Part shown: positions 23,471 through 36,482 of the stretch, piece by piece
Position numbering within the stretch: the stretch's first letter is position 1
How the letters are laid out: every line of letters starts with the position of its first letter
Source: Dimorphilus gyrociliatus
Taxonomy: Eukaryota > Animalia > Annelida
Length of the DNA stretch: 64,000 nucleotides
Reading direction: 5' to 3'
NCBI GenBank assembly: GCA_904063045.1
Contig: CAJFCJ010000050.1
Location: forward strand, 1 to 64,000
Position numbers and translations under genes: made by a program
The notes under the pieces: model-generated
Told to the model about the DNA's origin: nothing
What the model saw: only the letters and a program-made list of their open reading frames with translations
Databases searched by the model: none

Positions 23471-24079
23471 AATACAAAGTACAAATAACATAAAATTTCG
23501 TCATAGAAATCGAAAGTAAAAAAAAAATGGAACTTTAATTCCTCTTGCTAATTCTTCGTTACATTCTCTCTGGATACCTCTTTCCATTATCATTATGATT
23601 TAAAAAATATGTTTTATCAATGTTCCATAAATGAGTTTAGAGCAAAATATACAAAATTTTCTAATACATAATAGTTTCAATGATGACATAATATGAGCGA
23701 TATTAGGAACATTGATTGAAAATTTAATATTTATTTTATTGAACTGTGTATAACCATACCAAATCGAAAGTAGAAAAGAATTTTCCTTTTAACATTTTAC
23801 AAATGAAATAATAAAGTAAATATTATGAAACTATTAAAAACAAGAATGACTTCATTTAGGTTACCATTTTTTTTACTATTAAAAAAAAGAAGTCTGAAAG
23901 AATGTAAAACCTAAAATGACTTTTTTAAATATATATTTATATAAATGAAATGTGAATGGTAGAAATTTTTCGCTGAAATTCAGTTCTAAGAATTTGTAAA
24001 ATGTATTCTACAGAGAAAGAGTTGTATATTACCGTCCAACAGACTTGGTAAAATATTCCAAAACAGATTCCTCTTTTCT

Positions 24080-24700
24080 ATGGTTTTTGATGAAAAAGAT
24101 GAGTTGAACAATTCAGTGGTATCAGATATGGCTATAGATTATCATCTTCACAATGTCAAAAAATATGATAATATACTGTTAAAAGAAAAATTATTATGTT
24201 CAATTCTGAATAAATCTTCTTTGGAATTGAAAGAGATGAAAAAGTTGATAAGGCATTTGGAACATTTCCCACATTTTTTGGCTTTTTCGATATATCACCT
24301 CAAAATTATTATAATGAATTTTTTCATCTAATCTTAATAAAAGAACAAATTCACATAATTGCAAATTTCTTTATGTCATGTAGAAGATTATATTCTATTG
24401 ACTTAAGTGGAAATAAAGAAATTCGATCATGCATTCAAAATATTCTTAAAATTATATGCATGAGTGATTGCAAGTTGAATGAGGAACAGTACCATATTTT
24501 GGGTAATTTTTTAAAAGAATGTCCTCACATTTCAACCCTGATTTTAGACAATAACACCAATATGGGTAATGGTTTTAAAGCCATTTGCGATTGTTTTAAA
24601 ACAATCACTTGAACCCTGATGTTTTTTATCATTACAAAACTGCAATCTTAATTCTCAGCAACTGGATTGGTTAGATGATTTGAAAAGAGATAAATCTAAT
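24080..24700 (+). pseudogene. RNI-type LRR gene remnant
   Basis: CRRLYSIDLSGNKEI..CMSDCKLNEEQ..LGNFLKECPHISTLILDNNTNMGNGFKAICD matches the local 57-aa LRR consensus; interrupted by stops and frameshifts. Confidence 0.7.
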
Positions 24701-25857
24701 AGATTTTGATTTTTCCTTTATTCAATAAATATAATTGTTCATACCACTCAAGTAGAATAACTGTTGAAATGTTCAAAAGAACAAAACACTGAAAATTCTT
24801 TGTGTCGTCTTTGATCTTAATATAAATGTTTAAAAATTTACATAATCAAAGAAAACAACAGCAACCAACTTTATAAGTTTCAAATTTTGATATATTTTAT
24901 CAAAACTGACATTTGATATAGTTTTTAATGTCATTTTCAAAAGCATGCGATGCAGTATCTTACTGATCCAATAGATTATGCAATAAATGGTTATTGTAGC
25001 GAAGATCTAAATTTGAACATTGGTCATTTAGAATAACCTTTACAAACAAAAAGTTTCACAATCCCAACATGTTTAGGAATGTCTCTTCTAATTGATTGAG
25101 CAATATTTAATGCTATACTCACAGACTTTAGTCAATAGTAAAGTACATAGGCTTAATTTTTATTATGAATTATTCAAAATACATTGTATATATAAGGAAG
25201 AGAGGCAATTCTCAGATTCAGACAGTAAAAGGATTTCTTATACTATTGTTATTCCAAAATGCAGAAACATTTTTACCCACTTAGAGACATTTTAGCTTAG
25301 TTTTTAATGACATGAAATAAATAACAGAACAATTGTAGATATTGATATGAATTCAAATTGTTCCCACAGGCCAAATATCTCACTTAGGTCAAAGAAAAAG
25401 AAGTCAAAGTTGACTATTGTTAACTTTTGAACCAGGTAAGGGTTAGTAGGAAAGAGATAGCTATTGACATGTACTTATCTAATGGATAGGGCACTCAAAA
25501 ATGTTAGGTCAGGATTAAGATAAAATCATAGATTTATGGTTGTTTTCTACCACAATGAAATTGAACTTTACCTTAGGAAAACTTAATTTAAGGAATCAAC
25601 ATTGAAGAATGAAAACTATGTTCATTTAGAAAGCCAATCGTTAAATAAAAACTATTTGAAAGAAGTTGAAGAGAGAGCTGAAGAAGATTGTGGATTAATC
25701 ATAAAAAATCATTTTCAGATTGCAAAAGAGAGAAGTAGAAAGAGACATGCCATGATAATTAAAATTGTTTTTTGCTGTAATCTTTATTGTCTACTTTTTA
25801 TTTCTTACACAATTGTGCACTTAGAAATAACATAATGATACTTAGACGTTGGATATA

Positions 25858-26212
25858 ATAGAACTTTAGAAGGACTTTTATTTCATAGGAATTATAAATG
25901 TGGAACTTTAGAAAGACCTTTATTTCGTAGGAAATAGATTCTTTCACCGTAACAGATGGTGCAACGTTGGAAAATTAACAAAGGAACAAACAATATAAAA
26001 AAAATGCATGTCAGAATTGTTACATCTTATTCAAAAACAGATGTGGAAGAGGCAGGCTTGTTTTTCAGTGGCACATGTTGGCCATGTGTGATATAACAGT
26101 TTTTCATGTTTTTGTTATAGGTGCATTATGAGACTGTTACATTTCAACTTTATAATCCTTTGACCAAGTGAACCCAAGCTTTGTTAAATATATAAAAGGA
26201 AATACGTTTCCC
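25858..26212 (+). repeat. Dispersed repeat family C, copy 2
   Basis: Collinear with 6563-6950; its first ~40 bp are tandemly duplicated. Confidence 0.75.
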
Positions 26213-27819
26213 CAGATTGGACAATAAGCAGGGTCCAGAAAGAAGTATGTCATTGAGGAAATAGCCTTATTGTTGACTCTTTATAATACAAGGAAGTGTG
26301 TTGTGGTTGGTTACACTTCTTGCAACTAAACTTTGATAAATAGTTTTTGCTGATATTTCTGCAATGTAGGCAATTTCAACAATCAATGGCACCGTTGATA
26401 AAATCTAGGTTGTGTATGAACTTTAGAACGTTTTCTTTATGGCCTTTGATGTTAACACATCTTGATATTCGCAACAGTCCACTTCATCAGCCGTCCATCA
26501 ATTTAAAATCTGGCAATCTTCAGAATCATTGAGTTGACCTCCATTAGCGGAATGATAACACTTCTTTGGAAATTCCAATAATTTGTACCATTAAACTTCT
26601 CAAACGGAGCAGTCTTTCTGTATCTTGAAGTATCAATTCTAGAATTACAATTATAGGATTGGGACCGTCAATGATTTACCTACCATTTGTGTATGGCGTT
26701 CTGTCATATTCTATTTCCTGTCTTTTATGAATTGTTTGAAAATTCAAAGTTCCAACATCTTGTTCATTGACTAATGAGAAATGTCTAAATATTAAAATGA
26801 AATGTAAATTTTCATATACATTTACTATCAAATTTAGTTTACCCCAGTTTTTTCACATTGATTAGTTTTAACAATACTTTATATGTTTCTTCGGCATATG
26901 CCACACAACAAAAATTGAAATAAAGAAAAGTTGTTTTCATCATTCCTTTCTGAAGAAAATCTTTGAGTGTTGGATGATCTTTCCGTGTCACTTCTATACA
27001 TTGAGAGATATATGATTAGAGTGAAACTATAAGAGTCTATAGAGTAATTGACGAAAAAATTGGAACACTACTAATCTGGATAGGCAAAATATTCAAAATA
27101 TTTTTCATTATTAAAAAAAATCATTTATATAAGTTTGGTAGCAAACTAGGACTCTGCCAATTTTTCGTCATAATTCAATTATCTATGAGAAGTTAGTGGG
27201 TTGTTATTTTTTCCTAAAGATTTTTGATTGATTACTGTCAATTAGAAGGTTAATAAACATAAACTAAATAGTTCGCCAACGACAAGGTGATGATTAGAAT
27301 TAAAAGAAAAATCAATATTTTGATAATTTTTCCTGCAGGATATAAGTTTCTACATATTAATAATTATTATTATCAATTAAAAGTAGTTATTCAGTATGTC
27401 TTAATATCTAAACTAAAAATTTTACAAGGCGGCTGGGCACTTTTTGCCTAAACTGTAAAGCTATCCTATTCCACATTACAATTTTTCAATTCATAATTCA
27501 ATATCCAAATATATCATTTGTGGACTTTTACATCGTATTTTCGCATGTGGTAGAAAATGGCCCTAAATCTATGCTTTAATTTTAAGCCTATCCTAGCCTT
27601 TTTTCCCTAACCTTTTTAAATGACCCTAACCCTTAGATTGGAACCCCCCTCCCCTCCTGATAACATATCAATAGCTATCTTATTCTGCCTAACTATTTCC
27701 CAACCCTAAATCTAACCTTCAATTATTCCATTTATGGCTGTTTTCAATCAGTCCCTATATTTTTCTTACATTGTTTTTATTTCTGTTGCAAGTATGTTAA
27801 TCAGAAACCTTTACATATT

Positions 27820-28333
27820 ATATTAGATAGAATATTACAAGTATCTTATCTCAGAGGTGATAAAAGTTATATATTGCTGTATATATTGTACATATTTCTC
27901 ATTGTCACTTGAAATATTCGATGAAGAGAATAAGAGGAATTACCAAAAAAAAATTTTAAACATTCTAGCTATTCCTTGACAGGAAGTAAAAACTTTATGA
28001 TTTATGATTAAAAAAGTATATCATAAAATGGTTTATTCCGTAGTTAAGTTTACAATGAGAGACTGTAAGATTAATTATTTTACGGCTTCAGATCATTTAA
28101 AAAAAACCATTTATGATTGTTTAAGCAATAAAAAATTCCATTATAAAAGATTATCAAAAAAAGTTATTCACAGAATAACATTATGGAAAAATTTTCGGCT
28201 GTTTAGCTGCAATGAACATAGCATATCAATAAAAATTGTTAAGTTACAGTTATCATTGTATTCAAAGAAAAACATGAAGCCTGAAGTCCATCACATAAAT
28301 CTCCAAAACCAAATGACATACTCCAGTTATTAG
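27820..28333 (+). pseudogene. Paralogue of the 5' region of the 33366 LRR gene, cut off by an LTR
   Basis: TTATGATTTATGATT..GTATATCATAAAA and upstream TATCTTATCTCA match 32900-33300; VYHKMVY aligns with VYHKKVY; LTR A-like sequence starts at about 28362. Confidence 0.5.
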
Positions 28334-28361
28334 AAAAATTGACAGATTCAATCCAACAGGA

Positions 28362-28825
28362 GTATTCAACAAGTAGCAATATGAGAGTTCAATAGCAGAG
28401 TATATAGTTCGTAAAGGCAGGTTGCCAAATTACCAAACTGTCTTCCAATGTTGAGGAGTAAATGGATGGCTCCATTGGAGGTTGTTTCCAGGTTATCTTC
28501 CCAGATCCTTGGGTCGAGATAGGAGATGCTTGGAATGAAAATAGTGAGGATTTATATACTTTGAGGTTTGCCTCTGATATCCAATCATCACTTTACAGTT
28601 ACTGAACAGTGTAGTTCATATTTATGTTTAGTAACAGGATATTACAAGGTTGAACATTTAGGAAGGTTAATTGAATTATAACTTGACTAAACTTACCTTA
28701 ACTGGTAATTAAAGATGACTAATCAGACCTGTGTTTGGCCAATGTTGTATCATTTTCTTGTGTAGGTTTATATAAGTTGCATAAAGTAATATAGTTCAAG
28801 CATAAAATATAACCGAGGCTGTACA
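28362..28825 (-). repeat. Diverged LTR A copy
   Basis: Collinear with 5760-6279 with substitutions and deletions; ends in GCTGTACA. Confidence 0.88.
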
Positions 28826-29897
28826 ATTCTATACCCTAATAAAGTATATTTTTTGCAAAATTGATAAACAGATGAAATAAATTGATGTTTGTTTGATTAG
28901 TCTGGTTCTGATTCTGATTCATTTTATTAATATATTAAAAACATTTTATGTTTTTATTCCATCAAAATGATCAATATTTGATTGATGGTGTCCAGTATGA
29001 AAATAAATCTTTTGTGTGATTTTATATTTACTAATACTAGAACTTTTATTGCTATCATCTGAAGTATCTGTATTAAGTGAACAAAACAGAGGTTGTCACC
29101 TGTGTTTTGTGTTGACATGCTGCAGTAAGAATGTAAGTGAAAGAGAAAGAAAGAGTGTGTGTCATGTGTTGAGGGTAGGCAACTCAGGTTCACATCATTG
29201 TCTGTCAGTTTCAGTTGATATCACATCACAGGTGAGGTCAAGTTAATTATTTTGTAAATATGACATCACAAACAGGCTAGAAGAATCAAAACCTAATTGG
29301 AAGACATCGACAGACACAAACATTTATTTTATATCTTTGTTAAATTTTTCTCAGAAAACATAGTGGCAATTTTGACTCTAACAGTCAACTATTTGAGAGA
29401 TGTGAAAAAGTGAAGTTTGTTAATTCAGCTCATTGACACAAATGATAATGGACAAGAAATTTGCCAAAATTACAGCGACTTCAGGTCAATATAAACAGTT
29501 TGACCTTTACCTTGTCCAAGTGTCATGGCCGCCAAGTAGTATTGTAATTTTTTTTAATTGAAACTCTTGGATGGGTATCAGTCATCTGATCAGAATACAC
29601 TACTCTATTTATGCAGTATAAATAGATTAATAACAATCAGAAGACAAAGTAAAATCCTCTTTAGATGAAAGACAGTCTCGTATTACCGGAAAGAGCAGAA
29701 TTTGATAATTTATGCCACCTGAAACGATGATGTGACCGATTTAGGCAACGATCCTCCAGTTATATATGTCTAATTGTTTTTTTTCCATTTGTCATAGTAG
29801 CAAGAATCTCATCAGAAATTCAAATATTAAAACACTCTTCGCGACTTGTTTTAGTAGTACCTGTGAATCTGTATTTAGTTGTGTCCAAAATATTAAA

Positions 29898-30479
29898 ATG
29901 GCGGAAGCAGAAATCAACAACGTGTGTCCTTCTAATCAGCAAGAATGGAGAGAGTGGTTAGAAAGTAATCATAAGACAAAAGATGCAATATGGCTTGTTT
30001 TCTATAAGAAAAAATCTTCAATGCCAAATCTAACGTGGAGTGAGGCTGTTGACGAAGCTCTTTGCTTTGGTTGGATTGACAGTGTGAAAAAATCCATCGA
30101 TTCGGAGAAATATAAACAATATTTTAGCAAACGAAAATCAAAGAGCACATGGTCAAGAATCAACAAAGAAAAAGTTGAAAAATTGACCAAAGATGGTCTA
30201 ATGTCAGAGGCTGGCTTAAAGATTGTACGGATAGCTATGGAGAATGGATCATGGACAACCTTGGACGAAGTAGAAAATCTTAATATTCCAGATGATTTGG
30301 AGAAAGAGTTTAATAAAAGACCAGGATCAAAGGATTATTTTGTTAGTTTGAGCAGATCAGTTAGAAAAGGTATGCTATACTGGATTGTTGTTGCAAAACG
30401 ACCAGAAACCCGATACAAACGTGTTAGTGAAATAGCAGAAAATGCTGGTCAAAAACAGAAACCAAAGCAATTCAGATAA
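29898..30479 (+). CDS. ydeI: YdeI/OmpD-associated (OmdA, bacteriocin-protection) family protein, bacterial-type, 193 aa, intronless
   Basis: EWREWLESNH..WLVFYKK..LTWSEAVDEALCFGWIDS..FSKRKSKSTWSRINKEKV..L..GLM..G; C-terminal IPDDL..F..LSRSVRK.ML.WI..AKRPETR.KR are the family signatures as I recall them; AAAATGG start context. Confidence 0.92.
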   Translation: MAEAEINNVCPSNQQEWREWLESNHKTKDAIWLVFYKKKSSMPNLTWSEAVDEALCFGWIDSVKKSIDSEKYKQYFSKRKSKSTWSRINKEKVEKLTKDGLMSEAGLKIVRIAMENGSWTTLDEVENLNIPDDLEKEFNKRPGSKDYFVSLSRSVRKGMLYWIVVAKRPETRYKRVSEIAENAGQKQKPKQFR

Positions 30480-32649
30480 GATGATAACATACCTACAAGA
30501 TTTTTTATTCCAGTCCTGAAATATTAGATTTTTGAATACTTAACAAAACATTCCATTGGATACAAGTGATCCATCTAATGATAGAAATCAGAAAATAGTA
30601 TTCAATGGCTGGGAATGCTTCAAAGGTTGCCTACAGGCGAAATAAAGGAGAATATTGAAGACAATGTTCCATGGAGACGATGTTCATGTAAAGCAGAGGG
30701 AAAAGATGCTGGATGAGGACCAGAAACATAAGAAGTGTGTGCAGGGAACGTTTATTTAAATTCTTCCACAACAGGTCACGTAATAGGAATGAGTAGTGTA
30801 CATGTCCGTAAGAGAGGTCTATCAGACACTGTTAACAATTCACGCGAAAATTTCTGTGATTAATTAGATTAATATGTAAATCCATAACGAGGATTTTGGG
30901 ACATGAGATAAGAATTGTTTACAACAAACGCGATCAATGGTTGGCTGAGCAACACCAAGTTCTAGCTGTCTCGTGATTTTTTAAGAGGACATATCTCTGG
31001 CTACGCTTTTATTCTATTATAAAAGTTTCAATTGTAGCTTATTGCAATGTCTGTAATACTGATTCACTTTTCTCAAACTCCATTATTCTCTAACCCAGAA
31101 GCAACTCTTTATCTATGCATATCTTTCAGCATAATTATAACATATGTGCAGATTATATATCATGTCCGGAAATCACTTTCATTGCTCATCTCCAACATTC
31201 ATTCTATTTTGAATCACTTACGTGTCTCACTCAGACCATTCTTACATTTGTAATTGAGTGTTGATTATTTAGGTGATGAATCAATAAATCCTTCTTTAGA
31301 AATTTTAACAGTTGGAACACTGAAAAAATGGAGTACATATCTTCTAATCGTGTGAGAGAGAAAGGTTGAAAAATATGTTGTAATATTTTGGCAAATATAT
31401 TCATCCTTTTCAAAGAATTTTTTCTTGCTGATTCTCTAAAAACAGTGCATATTTTGATCAAGTGTCAATTTCTGACATAATAGAACATATAATAGAATTA
31501 TATAATAATTGTTTATTGAATATAGCAGAAAATGGTCAAAAACCTATGTGTATATAGGGAGTGAAGCTGTACCCAGATAAAACCATACCAGAGTTAAACA
31601 GTACTCATAATGAGGTTAAAATGTACCCTGTTGTTAACTACAACAGACAAAGTTATAAACCAAGAAAATAAGAACTATAATTTAAAAGTCACTAATTATA
31701 AAAATCAAAATAGAATTTAGAGAGAAAATGTACCTCCACTACATACAGAATCTCTTTCTTAAATTATGCTATCAATACCATAAACTGTGCCGACAGGTTC
31801 AATATTATCTTGATAGTCATCAAAAAGATCACAATATGAAAACAGATTTTTAGCATTGAAAATATCTATGGCTTTTGTGATTGAATGATGCTCAAAAACA
31901 CAGCGATTAACTTGTCTTTGACAATGAGCGTTTGAATACATTCTTTCCACAGGCTTTTGAGATAGTTTAGCTTTGTTAAACTTATAATTTGCAATTTTTC
32001 TCTCTTCTGACTTTTAAAACCAAAGTCGCGTGATAGTCTAAAAAATAAGAAAAAGCTTATAAAAGTAGAAAACAATTGGATAGAATTTTAATAATTTGCT
32101 CATTGGAAATATTATCAAATAGCAATTCATTTTTCTTCTTCCATAAATTAAAAAGAAAACCAAATATTTAAACTTATTTAAGTTCTTTCTATACTAATCA
32201 CTTGGATTGGAATGATTTTTTTACTGTTTTTTCGGATTTTCTAAGTCATTTTTTTGAGATTTTATTATTAGATTTAGGCCATTTATTCAGACTTGACTAT
32301 TAAGCCACTTTGAAGAATTGGATCATGATATAAGGAGCCTGATATTGTGTCGGAATTGTGCAATAATTTCATTGATTGAGAAAAAAATTGTTGACCTACT
32401 TTTGTACAGTTTGTGAACAAATTTAAAGTGTAAATACAACACTAGTTACCAAGTTACCACACTAGCATCCAACTCTTTAGTTTCCTCAAAGTGACATCAA
32501 GTCCGGTGACTGAAAATGATATAAACTCAAGTCACCCTACCCTCAACACATGATACACACTCACTCTTCGTTCATATATATTGATATTGATTCAAATTGA
32601 CACATAACATAGAAAACAAACATATTTTGTTTATATACTTTGGGAATTA

Positions 32650-32730
32650 GCCTCTGATATCCAATCATCACTTTACAGCTAGAGAAGAGTCCAGTTCATA
32701 TTTATCTTTAATAACAGGATCTTACGAGGT
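32650..32730 (-). repeat. Small LTR A-related fragment
   Basis: GCCTCTGATATCCAATCATCACTTTACAG..AGTTCATATTTATCTTTA..ACAGGAT matches LTR A. Confidence 0.7.
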
Positions 32731-33365
32731 CCAGGATATAGTGGAAAACAATGCAACAAATATACTGGGCTGCCTTTGTATATATCTATCTATTTAAAAT
32801 AACTTTAAAAAACCAATTTAAGTTAGCTCTTTTGAGCTGTATTTTCCATCTTTTATTTTTATTAATATTTCAAGTATGTCAATATAAAACTTATATTATA
32901 TTACAAGAATGCCAATGATTTTATCTTATCTCATGCGTAATAAATTGAAAATATATATATATATATATATCTTCCTCGGTGTCACTCACAAAATAGTTGA
33001 TCAAGAGGTGTTAACCAAAACATATTTATCGTTGTAATTTCTAAAACACCGGTTATTGAATTACGTAAGTATCAATTTTACAGATAAATAAAAAAATATC
33101 TAGTTTGTAATTCATTTATTCTATTTTGCTCAAAACACTTTTATGGTTTCCTCCAAGAGAAACATTATATCAATTTCTTTTTAGGAAGTAAATTCTTTAT
33201 GATTTATGATTTTCAAATGTATATCATAAAAAGGTATATTTAGAAGATAAGCATCATAGGTTTATTTTATATAACTCGTCAGATAAATTTTTAAAAGTTA
33301 TTTATTATTTCCAAAATATACATAAATACAAAATAAAAAAAAATATTTAAACACAGTATTCCAGT

Positions 33366-36300
33366 ATGATAACTCCAGAAGATATTTGGCCTATCATCTG
33401 TAATGGGCTTAGTAAATCAGCAAAAACTTTAAAAGAAATTAATTTTAAGAGACTTAGGCTTAATTATGAGAAGAGTATTTCTATTATGAAATTATTAAAT
33501 AAATGTACTCAAATTGAAAAGATAAGCATTATTGATAATAGAGACTTCGAAAAAGGATTAGCAAATATTTGCAAAGGATTAAATAATTCATCACAGCATC
33601 TAAAAGAAATTACATTTCAAAATTGTAGCCTTGATAACGCTGCTTGTGTATCAATTAAGAAGTTACTAATTAAATGCTTTCAAATTGAACTACTCAATAT
33701 ACATGAAAACAATCTGAGGACATCAGGATTTTTAGACATCTGCCTTGGACTTTGCAACTCCATAAATACTTTAAAGTCTCTTTTTTTAACATTTATATTG
33801 GTGGACAAAAGAGTGATTAGATGTTTTGAGAAATTTTTAAACAAGTGTACTCGAATTGAAAATATTCAAATCAATAATTATTCAACTTGTACACCTGAGC
33901 TGTTTACATTATGCTCTTCATTGGAAACATCTGCAAAAACACTAAAAGAACTTCATTTCAATACTGCAGTTTTCAATCCAGAAAATTCACATTGTATTGA
34001 TAATCTTATAAGAAAATGTGAAAATATTGAAAGAATACATATAAATGTTGATTTTGAAGAAGAATTTCAACCGTTGTCTACATTTTCTGCTCTGGAAATA
34101 TCAGCCAATAAACTGAAAGAACTAAATATTATATGCAAATTCAATTTAGAAATGCTTATCCAATTTGAAGAACTTTTAAACAACTGTTCAAAACTGGAAA
34201 GTGTAAGCTTTCCATCAATTAGAAATGTAGTCAATGATGAATTTTTCACTATTTGCCAGGGTTTGCAGAAGTCATGTAAAAGTTTAAAAAGATTAGATTT
34301 TAGTCATTGCACTTTAACTTCAAATTGCTTTAAAAATATTGGACAGTTTTTAAAATTTTGTTCAAATATTGAAATTATTATTCTAAACAATGATTTCTAT
34401 ACAAGAAATGATGTAACAAATATTTGCAATGGTCTTGAATATTCTTCCAATTCATTGAAAGTTTTAAATTTCAATGGAGGCAATACTGAGGAGAGATCAT
34501 GGATACCTATATTAAGTCTGCTAATCAAATGCTCAAATAGACCAAAAATGATATACACTTTAAATTTATATGAATTGTTGTCAGAATTAACTGATCAAAT
34601 GACTATATCTTCAAATACTATAAAAGAAATCAATTTGAATGCATATCATATTGGTAATGATATAGTTATAGATATGGCAACAATTATACAGCAACATACA
34701 AGAATAGAATCAGTAAGATTAGTTGGTATAGATAATGAAAATACATTATCTATGGTTTGCAGTGCTTTGGAATGGTCATGCAAACATATTAAAAGTATTC
34801 ATATTTCACAATCAGATTGGAATTATAGCTCATGGAATAGAGTTTGCAAGTTTTTGAACAAATGTAAAATTGAGTCAATAACTTTTGTGCAAAATAATAA
34901 TATAGAGAATCAAATATCAAGTATTTGGCATGGATTACAGAATTCTGTATCTACTTTAAAATCTATAGAATTCAATTGCTATGGCTTAGACAATCATGAC
35001 TATAATAAATTAGGAACATTTTTAGAGAAATGTTTCAACATTGAAACAATAGATCTATCAAGGAGCGCTCCTATTCCAGATGATTCCTTTTCAAAAATTA
35101 TTGAAGCCTTGGAAAAATCATCAAAAACCTTGAAAAATTTCAATTTCAGTTTTTGTGACATTAATGATGAAGTAGGCAAAACTATTAGTAATCTATTGGT
35201 GAAGTGTTCAAATATTGAAACAGTAAATCTAAGTTATAATAGTTCTTTGAGAAGTTCATTGAAAAATATTTGTATTGAGCTGGCAAGATCATCTATTAGT
35301 TTAAAAGAAATTAATTTTTCACAATGTAATATCATGGATGAAACTTGCAATAGCCTAACACAACTATTGAGTAAATGTTATAAACTTGAAAAAGTAACAT
35401 TATTTTCAAATTGGGATTTGAATGGTGAACTAATCAATATATGCCAAGAATTGGAAAAATCTTCCAATACATTAAAGGAGATTTGTTTGGCAAACTGTGG
35501 TTTGGATAACAGTCAATTAATTACTTTTGGAAATCTTTTAAAAAAGTGTAGAAAACTTGAAAGTATCAATATAAGTCAAAATAATATATCTGCGGAAGTT
35601 TGTATTGAATTTGAAAATCTATCAAAAACTTTGAAAGAAATAGACATTAGTTATTGTGATATGGGTGAAAAACTTTGGATAAATGTCAAGAACATGTTGG
35701 AAATCTTTGATAATATTCCAATTATTCATCTGTATGGAAATTCAATTGATGATTATATACCTTTTGTTTTTAAAGGAAAAGTCAATGATAAAGAAATTAT
35801 ATTTAGTTGTAAACTCTGTTTATTATCTGAATTATCACCAATTATTGGAAATATTATATTAAATTCATATAGAATTCTTACAGTTCATCTTGGTGAAACA
35901 TTCCAAAATATGTCTGGCCTTTCCGATATTTTTCTACTTTTGTCCAAAAGTAAAAATAGTTTGGTAAGTGTCAACTTTAGTTCTTGTAATCTTGATATCA
36001 GAATGTGTCAATATATTGGGAATTTTTTGCTTTCATCTGGCTGTATTAAATCTGTCTATTTTTCTAATAACCCAAATTTGTCATATGGTTTTGGATATCT
36101 ATGTGATGGACTTCAAATTTCACGTTTTTCTTTAAGACAAATTATATTTTCTAATTGTGACTTAACAAACAATTCATGTGTATGTCTTGTAGATCTTTTA
36201 ATGAACTGTCAGAATATTAAAAAAATAGATCTCAGTTTAAATGAAAATATGGGAAATGAAATTATAAATGTTTTTGAACAACTTCAAAATTCATCTTGCT

Positions 36301-36482
36301 CTATGGAAGAGATAAATTTAGAATACTGCAAATTAAAGAAGAATGTTTGTGAAAGCCTCAACAATCTTTTAATTAAATGCCCTTATCTTCAATCTGTAAG
36401 ACTTAAGGGTAATGAAAATCTGATGAAGGATATTAATATTAAAGATCAGTTATATACAAACAATAGGTTCTGTTTATCATAG
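33366..36482 (+). CDS. Large RNI-like (about 57-aa paired) leucine-rich-repeat protein exon, 1038 aa
   Basis: Uninterrupted ORF with roughly 17 paired units C..IE.I.L..N...ICxGL..S...LKEI.F..C.L; probably the 3' exon of a longer gene (coding-like segment at 33190-33300). Confidence 0.9.
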   Translation: MITPEDIWPIICNGLSKSAKTLKEINFKRLRLNYEKSISIMKLLNKCTQIEKISIIDNRDFEKGLANICKGLNNSSQHLKEITFQNCSLDNAACVSIKKLLIKCFQIELLNIHENNLRTSGFLDICLGLCNSINTLKSLFLTFILVDKRVIRCFEKFLNKCTRIENIQINNYSTCTPELFTLCSSLETSAKTLKELHFNTAVFNPENSHCIDNLIRKCENIERIHINVDFEEEFQPLSTFSALEISANKLKELNIICKFNLEMLIQFEELLNNCSKLESVSFPSIRNVVNDEFFTICQGLQKSCKSLKRLDFSHCTLTSNCFKNIGQFLKFCSNIEIIILNNDFYTRNDVTNICNGLEYSSNSLKVLNFNGGNTEERSWIPILSLLIKCSNRPKMIYTLNLYELLSELTDQMTISSNTIKEINLNAYHIGNDIVIDMATIIQQHTRIESVRLVGIDNENTLSMVCSALEWSCKHIKSIHISQSDWNYSSWNRVCKFLNKCKIESITFVQNNNIENQISSIWHGLQNSVSTLKSIEFNCYGLDNHDYNKLGTFLEKCFNIETIDLSRSAPIPDDSFSKIIEALEKSSKTLKNFNFSFCDINDEVGKTISNLLVKCSNIETVNLSYNSSLRSSLKNICIELARSSISLKEINFSQCNIMDETCNSLTQLLSKCYKLEKVTLFSNWDLNGELINICQELEKSSNTLKEICLANCGLDNSQLITFGNLLKKCRKLESINISQNNISAEVCIEFENLSKTLKEIDISYCDMGEKLWINVKNMLEIFDNIPIIHLYGNSIDDYIPFVFKGKVNDKEIIFSCKLCLLSELSPIIGNIILNSYRILTVHLGETFQNMSGLSDIFLLLSKSKNSLVSVNFSSCNLDIRMCQYIGNFLLSSGCIKSVYFSNNPNLSYGFGYLCDGLQISRFSLRQIIFSNCDLTNNSCVCLVDLLMNCQNIKKIDLSLNENMGNEIINVFEQLQNSSCSMEEINLEYCKLKKNVCESLNNLLIKCPYLQSVRLKGNENLMKDINIKDQLYTNNRFCLS

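Noticed and set aside
26400-26790. Exon-like Cys-containing fragments on the minus strand
   Set aside because: Contains stops and frameshifts, and no family could be recognised.
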